DNA of 64,000 bases, taken from positions 461 to 64,460 of the IMG/VR virus record IMGVR_UViG_3300046171_000068; one strand, 5' to 3'. Made by a program: the position numbers and the translations under genes. Positions 58,307 to 64,000 of this stretch are shown piece by piece. Within the stretch, counting starts at the first letter, position 1. Every line of letters begins with the position of its first letter. The DNA is from a virus (taxonomy: Duplodnaviria > Caudoviricetes). Below the pieces are notes generated by a model. That model ran no database searches and had not been told where the DNA came from. It worked only from the letters and a program-made list of their open reading frames with translations.

Positions 58307-58676
58307 TCATAAAGAAGTCCATAACATCTTTTACTTTTACAAGCATACCTTTAGATGTATTTTCATCTCCTCCTTGTATTAGCTTACCCTTTCTTGCTAT
58401 CTTTTTCATGTCCTCAATCGGCACAGTTAGTGTAAAACATAACTTGTTTCCTTTATAAAATGATACCACCCAATGTTCTGCATGCGTTGTAGCAATACCA
58501 CTTTTCTTACCTCTAGATTCAAACTCAACAAACATGTTGCCAGTCTTGGCCCATTGGTCTCTCTCAGCTTTACATTCAGTCTTGCCTTCAATTAAGTCAT
58601 GCATTACTTTCCCATAAAACTTTTCAGATATTACTCCAAAATCTAAATCATATTTAAAGTCGTTGTTATGTTTCAT
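58290..58676 (-). CDS. PD-(D/E)XK-like nuclease
   Basis: Homolog of 20366-20752. Confidence 0.65.
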   Translation of the reverse strand: MKHNNDFKYDLDFGVISEKFYGKVMHDLIEGKTECKAERDQWAKTGNMFVEFESRGKKSGIATTHAEHWVVSFYKGNKLCFTLTVPIEDMKKIARKGKLIQGGDENTSKGMLVKVKDVMDFFMNGEET

Positions 58677-59026
58677 GATAGCTCCCCATATAGTTTTTTC
58701 TCTCCCCTGATATTGGCAGAGTTAGTTCTAAATAAATTACAAGCGGTTTCGATACTGCTGATGTGATGTCGCAAAGACAAATACTTTTTCTTTTGCTCTT
58801 TAATTAAAGGTATATACTTAACTACATCCTTATGTGATTCAGCCATTGACTCTCTATCTCTTACAGTAAGTTTTTGACCAGCGGTCTCTAAAAATACTGT
58901 AGCTTTAGTTATCTTATGCATAGATTCTAGATATTGATATTGAGCTTCAGCTTCAGCAAGTTCAGAACCCTTTTCTCTAATCTCTATTACAGCTTTTTCT
59001 AATTCCTCTTCACCTAGTCTTATCAT
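58673..59026 (-). CDS. Helical hypothetical protein
   Basis: Homolog of 20749-21102. Confidence 0.6.
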   Translation of the reverse strand: MIRLGEEELEKAVIEIREKGSELAEAEAQYQYLESMHKITKATVFLETAGQKLTVRDRESMAESHKDVVKYIPLIKEQKKKYLSLRHHISSIETACNLFRTNSANIRGEKKLYGELS

Positions 59027-59132
59027 TCTTTTTTTCCTTTTTTTCTTTTTTTCTAAATATATTGTCGTAGTTATCCCCATATTTCTTTGGGTCAACAGGC
59101 CTATACCTATCTCCTTTACCAGCTTGCAACAT
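59010..59132 (-). CDS. 40-aa basic protein
   Basis: Homolog of 21086-21208. Confidence 0.6.
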   Translation of the reverse strand: MLQAGKGDRYRPVDPKKYGDNYDNIFRKKEKKEKKNDKTR

Positions 59133-59581
59133 TATTTATTACCTATTAGTTTTGTTTTTAATTTATCGGGAAGAGCGGCAAAAGTTTCCTTACTACCTTC
59201 TTCTAAATATAGCTGTACAAACTTATCTTCCAGCTTTTTAGTTTGATATTCAGGTAACTTATGCATCTCTAACCCGCCCAATCTATTGTATATAGCCTTA
59301 GCTTTTTCATCTTTAACGTCTTTACGTCTAAAGAAATCATTAAACATACCTCTAATGGTTTCCTCTGATGTTTTTAGAAACTTAGATAGATGACATATCT
59401 GTGGTTTCCACTCGCCATCATCAGTTTCACAATGCAAAAGAAGGGCAGACATACAATCATCTAAATCATACTTTTGTAAACTTAGCCAAAACATACCACG
59501 CTGTACGTTATTTATCTTAGCTTGTTTAGGATATGTATTCTCAATCACATCCATGAAAGAATTAAACTCCCTCTGATTCAT
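59132..59581 (-). CDS. Helicase loader/inhibitor-like protein
   Basis: Homolog of 21208-21657. Confidence 0.55.
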   Translation of the reverse strand: MNQREFNSFMDVIENTYPKQAKINNVQRGMFWLSLQKYDLDDCMSALLLHCETDDGEWKPQICHLSKFLKTSEETIRGMFNDFFRRKDVKDEKAKAIYNRLGGLEMHKLPEYQTKKLEDKFVQLYLEEGSKETFAALPDKLKTKLIGNK

Positions 59582-59699
59582 TCTCTTTTTCCTCTACCTG
59601 TTTCTCAAATGCAATAATAGCATTCTCATTAGCAATCTCTTCTAAATCTTTATAGTTTCCTTGCTCCTCATCATATAATAGTTCTTTTACTTTACTCAT
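59562..59699 (-). CDS. 45-aa acidic protein (not in ORF track)
   Basis: MSKVKELLYDEEQGNYKDLEEIANE...; same RBS and slot as 21638-21877. Confidence 0.5.
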   Translation of the reverse strand: MSKVKELLYDEEQGNYKDLEEIANENAIIAFEKQVEEKENESEGV

Positions 59700-59727
59700 T
59701 TTGTACCTCACTTGTTATTTAATGTGA

Positions 59728-59785
59728 TTATATATGTGGTTATTTCAATAATCAACTTGTTTATAAAGTTATTTATGGTAATATT
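59728..59785. promoter_or_regulatory. Back-to-back sigma70 promoters (B)
   Basis: Leftward promoter identical to A; rightward spacer and -10 altered. Confidence 0.6.
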
Positions 59786-59815
59786 ATGGACATGAAAACA
59801 ATATTGGAGGTCAAT

Positions 59816-60367
59816 ATGACAAAATACACATACAAAGAGGTAGCTGACACCTTATCTAAGGTAGATATAACAGGTATGGTTGAGACTAAAGGTAGATATT
59901 CTTATTTACCATGGGCTTACGCAGACCAAATCATGTTACATTTCTATCCTGAATATCAGGTTAAATGGTTTGCCCCTGAAAAATATGAAGATGGGACAAT
60001 GCTACTCAAATGCATAGTACATATAGGTAACTTACATAAAGAAGCATTCTTGCCTGTTTATGACAATAGTTACAATGCTATATCTAATCCAAATGCAAGT
60101 GACATACAAGATAACATGCAACGATGCATGGTAAAAGCATTCGCTAAGTTTGGACTAGGTTTATCTTTATATCAGAATGGGTCAACTACACCTAACAAGT
60201 TACCATTCTTACCTAAAGAAGAGACTAAAGTAACTGATGACAATCTTGTAGCAATACAAAATGCTAAAGATGTTGAGAAAGAAATAGAAAATCAATTAAA
60301 AACAGGGGGTATTGCAGATGGTAGAACCGATGAAAAACAGTTCGGCAAAGTCTTACAATCTTCGTAG
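59816..60367 (+). CDS. Sak/Rad52-like SSAP (DUF1071)
   Basis: Homolog of 21994-22545. Confidence 0.85.
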   Translation: MTKYTYKEVADTLSKVDITGMVETKGRYSYLPWAYADQIMLHFYPEYQVKWFAPEKYEDGTMLLKCIVHIGNLHKEAFLPVYDNSYNAISNPNASDIQDNMQRCMVKAFAKFGLGLSLYQNGSTTPNKLPFLPKEETKVTDDNLVAIQNAKDVEKEIENQLKTGGIADGRTDEKQFGKVLQSS

Positions 60368-60974
60368 TTCAATGTTTAAGGCTTATGCATTTGGCATGGA
60401 CACTAAACGTGAAGAGCAATTGAAGTTAGACTTGGCTGGCGAGGTCAAAGAAATACCGCAAGAAATGATGTGCTATGTAGACTATGGTACCGAGCATGAA
60501 ACATGTGGTATTGGTAAATGGATATTAGTTAACAAGATGGCCGCTAGAGATTATGGCGACAATCAACAAAACTATGTTATCCAGGACTGGCTAAACCTAA
60601 AAGAAGATACTGTAGTAGATATCAGTACAACACCCGATGGTATCAGCAAGGACCAATCTACATTAATTGAAGTGAAGTGCAGTAACATGGGAAAAACTAA
60701 TTATAAAGAGTTTCCTAAGCGTTATTTGCCACAGATAGTGGGTCAAATGATGATATTAAACATGTTAGGCACACCCGTTAAACAAGTAGATTTGGTTAAT
60801 TGGACACCATTGGCTACTAAAATATGGAGATTTGAGAGAAATAAAGACTATGAAAATTATCTCATTGACCATTTAGAAGAGTATAGTCTTGCCTTGTTAG
60901 GTAAAAAAGAACTACCTGAAAAGAAAAGAAGATACACAGCAAAATTAAACTTTGACCTTATCTATGGAGGATAA
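60312..60974 (+). CDS. YqaJ/lambda-type exonuclease
   Basis: Homolog of 22490-23152. Confidence 0.85.
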   Translation: MQMVEPMKNSSAKSYNLRSSMFKAYAFGMDTKREEQLKLDLAGEVKEIPQEMMCYVDYGTEHETCGIGKWILVNKMAARDYGDNQQNYVIQDWLNLKEDTVVDISTTPDGISKDQSTLIEVKCSNMGKTNYKEFPKRYLPQIVGQMMILNMLGTPVKQVDLVNWTPLATKIWRFERNKDYENYLIDHLEEYSLALLGKKELPEKKRRYTAKLNFDLIYGG

Positions 60975-60975
60975 A

Positions 60976-61317
60976 ATGGCAAAACAATACATAAATATAT
61001 TTATCAATGACAGGACATATGGTGATGAAACCGATGCTTTCTACAAGAAAATAGAAGGTATCAAGGCGGAAAAACCATTCGCACCACCTTTCTTAAGCAA
61101 TCCTAAGTTTGTAGCTAAGGAAGATATACACATTCCAGCTGGCAAAGTTATGGATATAACGTTGTGGTTCAATGAGCGTGACGGCAAAAGAAACGCAAGT
61201 ATCTGTATTAAACCTGCAGAAGATACAGGCAAATACAATAAGGCCAAGGAAGATATTAAAACAATAGAAAGCGTTTTTAATGATGACATCATAAAAGACG
61301 AAGACATACCATTCTAA
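60976..61317 (+). CDS. SSB-like protein
   Basis: DEDIPF tail; homolog of 23154-23495. Confidence 0.7.
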   Translation: MAKQYINIFINDRTYGDETDAFYKKIEGIKAEKPFAPPFLSNPKFVAKEDIHIPAGKVMDITLWFNERDGKRNASICIKPAEDTGKYNKAKEDIKTIESVFNDDIIKDEDIPF

Positions 61318-61326
61318 GGAGGACAT

Positions 61327-61623
61327 ATGAGTAAATACGACCCTGATTACTATGATAAAAACAAGGACAAAATGAAAGCTAGTAACAAAATGTGGTACGA
61401 GAAAAACAAATCAGCTATTCTTACCAAGATGCGGGAGAAAAGACTCAACAGAACTGATGAGGAAATCCAGCAAACAAGAGAAAAGCGTAAAGAGTACTAC
61501 GAAAAGAATAAGGAATCATTCTTAAAGTACAGTAGAAATAAATACCAACAGCAGAAAGCTAAGATGGCCGAGCTTGAAGCAAAGGTTAAAGAACTGGAGG
61601 CAAACAATGCTAGAGAAGATTAG
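61327..61623 (+). CDS. Charged helical hypothetical protein
   Basis: Homolog of 23505-23801. Confidence 0.65.
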   Translation: MSKYDPDYYDKNKDKMKASNKMWYEKNKSAILTKMREKRLNRTDEEIQQTREKRKEYYEKNKESFLKYSRNKYQQQKAKMAELEAKVKELEANNARED

Positions 61624-61708
61624 AGAAATTTGCTACAATGCACCTGACTGGGTACAAGGGATACTAATCATAAGCGTGATAGCTATCTTTTGGGACTTAG
61701 TCTTGTAA
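61607..61708 (+). CDS. 33-aa single-TM peptide
   Basis: Identical to 23785-23886. Confidence 0.55.
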   Translation: MLEKIREICYNAPDWVQGILIISVIAIFWDLVL

Positions 61709-61946
61709 ATCATTTTGTTTATCTCGGGGAGGGTGAAATTCCCTTCCCTTCCTTCCCTTCCTTCCATACAAACACAAAGATTAATGCATTAGTATATTAG
61801 CAAATACTAATATAGGCCTATATCAGTAAATTAGAACATTTTAATATTCATTGATTCTTATATATAAAAATAAACATCAAATATTTGTATATTCATAAAA
61901 AATTATGATAATGTACTTATATGAAACTTAATAAAGAGGTAAAAAA

Positions 61947-62192
61947 ATGACTAAAAAATACATATATGAAGCAAGCGAACAAAGTGTTGATGTTCGTTCA
62001 TGGACTATAGAATCTGATAGACAACTAACAGAAGATGAAGTAACGAATATTTATCAAGATTCACAAATAGATGATGTGGGAGAAGAACAAGAATATTCAA
62101 CAGGTATAACAGTAACTTTCGATGGCACTGAATATGGTGATGATGCCATACCAGATATTCAAGGTGATTTTAAAGAAGAGGAGGAAGAGTAA
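61947..62192 (+). CDS. Very acidic early protein (variable slot)
   Basis: Same leader ATGAAACTTAATAAAGAGG as 24101 but unrelated ORF. Confidence 0.65.
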   Translation: MTKKYIYEASEQSVDVRSWTIESDRQLTEDEVTNIYQDSQIDDVGEEQEYSTGITVTFDGTEYGDDAIPDIQGDFKEEEEE

Positions 62193-62938
62193 TGACAAGC
62201 ACAATTATATATGAAGGGCCAAGTTTAATAGATAATCAACCAATAGTGGTTATATATCAACCACAAGGCCGAAACTCTAAAATAGGAAACATGGGGCAAA
62301 CATGGATATTATTATCTGAAGTTGACCCGATAACCGCAAACCGCACGGGCCAAGATTATTCTATTTGCGGAAATTGTCCGCACAAAGGCAAAATTGACCC
62401 GCAAAAGAAAAAAGGAATGGCTCCAGAGCGTTCCTGCTATGTTAACCCAATGGCACCGCTTGCCGTTTATAAAGCTTATAAGAAGGGCAACTATAAAAAA
62501 CTTAATTATGGTGATAATTTATATCCGCTTGCAATGCTTGGAGCTGGGCAAGATATAAGAATAGGTTCTTATGGAGACCCTGGAGCGGTTCCCGCTAAGG
62601 TATGGGAAGGCTTGCTAAGGTTCGCAAAATCTCATACAGGATATACTCATCAAGCAAATATTAAAACTTCATCATATGAATATATTAAGAAATTTTTAAT
62701 GACATCATGCGAAACGCTAAAACAAGCTAAAACCGCCTGGCGTGAAGGGCTAAGAACATTCAGAACTATTTCAGATATATCAGAAATATCAGATAATGAG
62801 AAACTATGCCCCGCAACGCTTGAAGGCTCAAAAACTACATGCGAGAAGTGCAATAAATGCAACGGTGAAAACTCATTCAAATCGATTGCCATAGTAGTAC
62901 ACGGAAACGGGGCAAAATACGCAAGGGGGAAAGCATGA
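62192..62938 (+). CDS. Cys-rich conserved phage protein, probable Fe-S/radical-SAM-like
   Basis: Intact homolog of 24514-25261. Confidence 0.6.
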   Translation: MTSTIIYEGPSLIDNQPIVVIYQPQGRNSKIGNMGQTWILLSEVDPITANRTGQDYSICGNCPHKGKIDPQKKKGMAPERSCYVNPMAPLAVYKAYKKGNYKKLNYGDNLYPLAMLGAGQDIRIGSYGDPGAVPAKVWEGLLRFAKSHTGYTHQANIKTSSYEYIKKFLMTSCETLKQAKTAWREGLRTFRTISDISEISDNEKLCPATLEGSKTTCEKCNKCNGENSFKSIAIVVHGNGAKYARGKA

Positions 62939-63084
62939 AAACTAGAGAGGAAATGTTAAAAGACTACTTGGACCAATTCAAAGAGGGTAGTTTTGATATT
63001 ATAGTTAATCCTGATGGCAGTACTATCAAAATACCAGCAGAAAAAGATGAAGGGGGCAAGCATAATCAATGTTCGAAATCTTAA
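62935..63084 (+). CDS. 49-aa hypothetical protein
   Basis: ATGA coupling; MKTREEMLKDYLDQFKEG...; absent in A. Confidence 0.45.
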   Translation: MKTREEMLKDYLDQFKEGSFDIIVNPDGSTIKIPAEKDEGGKHNQCSKS

Positions 63085-63125
63085 TAGCAACCATATTAAT
63101 TATGTTTTGTATTTATGAATCATAA
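63069..63125 (+). CDS. 18-aa hydrophobic peptide
   Basis: MFEILIATILIMFCIYES after AAGGGGGCAAGCAT. Confidence 0.4.
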   Translation: MFEILIATILIMFCIYES

Positions 63126-63138
63126 TTAGCAACTAACT

Positions 63139-63164
63139 AGCCCGCTGAAATATGCGGGCTTTTT
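63139..63164 (+). terminator. Rho-independent terminator
   Basis: AGCCCGC-loop-GCGGGCT-TTTT. Confidence 0.85.
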
Positions 63165-63523
63165 AGTGCCTATCTATATTAGAATCTACTAATATTCTTA
63201 TACAAGTAAAATAAAAATCTGATGGCGGGGAAAAGTCCCGAATGCCTTATTCTATATACATATATACTACTATAGTAAGCAGAAATAGGCTTTTTTGAGG
63301 GTTTTACAAATCACACGCACACAATACTAGATAAGGGATAGACGTTCCTAATAGCACACTCACACGCCTTTTTTAGCCAATTCAGTACATTAACACATAC
63401 TAATATTCCCCTCCCTTCCTACCATTTTATTTATTTTTTTTTTTTTGCTGGTTAAGGAATATTAACGCCCGCTAATATTAGTTTATTAGAATATTCAGAT
63501 ATACTTATATACAAAAATATATG

Positions 63524-63566
63524 TTGACATAAGCTTATCCTGTCATATAATAGGTGGGCGGGCGGG
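63524..63566 (+). promoter_or_regulatory. Sigma70 promoter followed by G-tract
   Basis: TTGACA-16-TATAAT-AGGTGGGCGGGCGGG. Confidence 0.7.
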
Positions 63567-63684
63567 TTAATAGATATATATATATAATAGATATATATAT
63601 ATATGAAAAATATCTTTTGACACATATATCATTATTTGCTATCGTATAGACATACTAGGAATTAACCTAGTAGGAGATAACAAA

Positions 63685-63873
63685 ATGAAAAAATATGAAA
63701 TAGGCGTAGACTGTACATTCGGAACATTTGTACAAGTAGAGGCATCAGATGCCGAGGAAGCTAAACTGTTAGCAGAGCAACTAGCAAGCAAACAGATAGA
63801 GTATCCTAGAATAGGCAATACTGTAGCACATTACGTAGGCGTTAAGTCGCACACAGTACACGAAGAGAACTAG
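63685..63873 (+). CDS. Early hypothetical protein (variable slot)
   Basis: TTGACA-17-TATCGT promoter, AGGAG RBS; VQVEASDAEEA motif. Confidence 0.65.
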   Translation: MKKYEIGVDCTFGTFVQVEASDAEEAKLLAEQLASKQIEYPRIGNTVAHYVGVKSHTVHEEN

Positions 63874-63882
63874 TTTCTCCAC

Positions 63883-63909
63883 CACCTAGGCATGTGATTA
63901 AACTGCCTA
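63883..63909 (+). ncRNA. Candidate 3'-UTR pseudoknot motif, copy 3
   Basis: CAC-C-TAGGCA-T-GTG-ATTAAAC-TGCCTA. Confidence 0.55.
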
Positions 63910-64000
63910 ATATTATAATATTAGAATATGCTAATATGCCTGCTCCGCAGTAAACCATCTCGGCCCTGCGGGCCTCGACCCCCCATGACGTGTGTCCGCA

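Larger units (their letters stand above)
61795..63936. repeat. Dispersed TATTAG-N6-CTAATA palindromes (7 exact or near copies)
   Basis: Starts at 61795, 61829, 63177, 63388, 63460, 63484, 63919. Confidence 0.85.
27459..64000. mobile_element. Podovirus genome, one full ~36.5 kb unit (variant B; crossover with A lies somewhere in 27459-36799)
   Basis: Runs from terL through all modules back to the same GC-rich motif seen at 27398-27458. Confidence 0.88.
36800..64000. repeat. Diverged direct repeat of 1-27458
   Basis: ggttcagttacaggtaatgcagatacagct at 36800 matches window start; last ~60 nt match 27398-27458; same gene order with swapped modules. Confidence 0.97.

Noticed and set aside
1-64000. 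Tandem integrated prophages
   Set aside because: No integrase, CI-type immunity region, att-like junction or host genes in the window; cannot be excluded beyond its edges.
1-64000. Stop-codon reassignment, tRNA or rRNA genes
   Set aside because: Standard code gives dense full-length genes using all three stops; no cloverleaf or rRNA-like sequence noticed by eye.

Overview
The whole window is AT-rich tailed-phage DNA. It holds two head-to-tail, colinear but NON-identical copies of a ~36.5-36.8 kb P22-like podovirus genome: position 1 aligns with ~36800 and ~27458 with 64000. Copy A (1-27458) is partial; ~27460-64000 is one complete unit. Gene order: terL, portal, small basic ORFs, scaffold, DUF5309/SU10-type capsid, adaptor, tail fibre plus three accessory receptor-binding slots, tail hub, needle, ejection proteins (LPD38), holin-like and envelope proteins, DUF3310, metallophosphoesterase, terS, a leftward nuclease/Q-like operon, divergent promoters, Sak/exonuclease/SSB, and an early-gene cassette region. 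I recognised no integrase, CI repressor, DNA polymerase, primase, helicase, endolysin, tRNA or CRISPR. Scattered single-base frameshifts look like long-read errors, so the tandem may be an assembly chimera of two strains. Either way the two copies give an internal comparison. The most interesting signals are non-coding: tandem NrdR-like boxes 31 bp apart in front of terL, 17 TATTAG-N6-CTAATA-type palindromes in the early region, a covarying pseudoknot-like motif ending early cassettes, and sigma70 promoters followed by G-tracts. All product calls come from motif recognition and synteny, not database searches.
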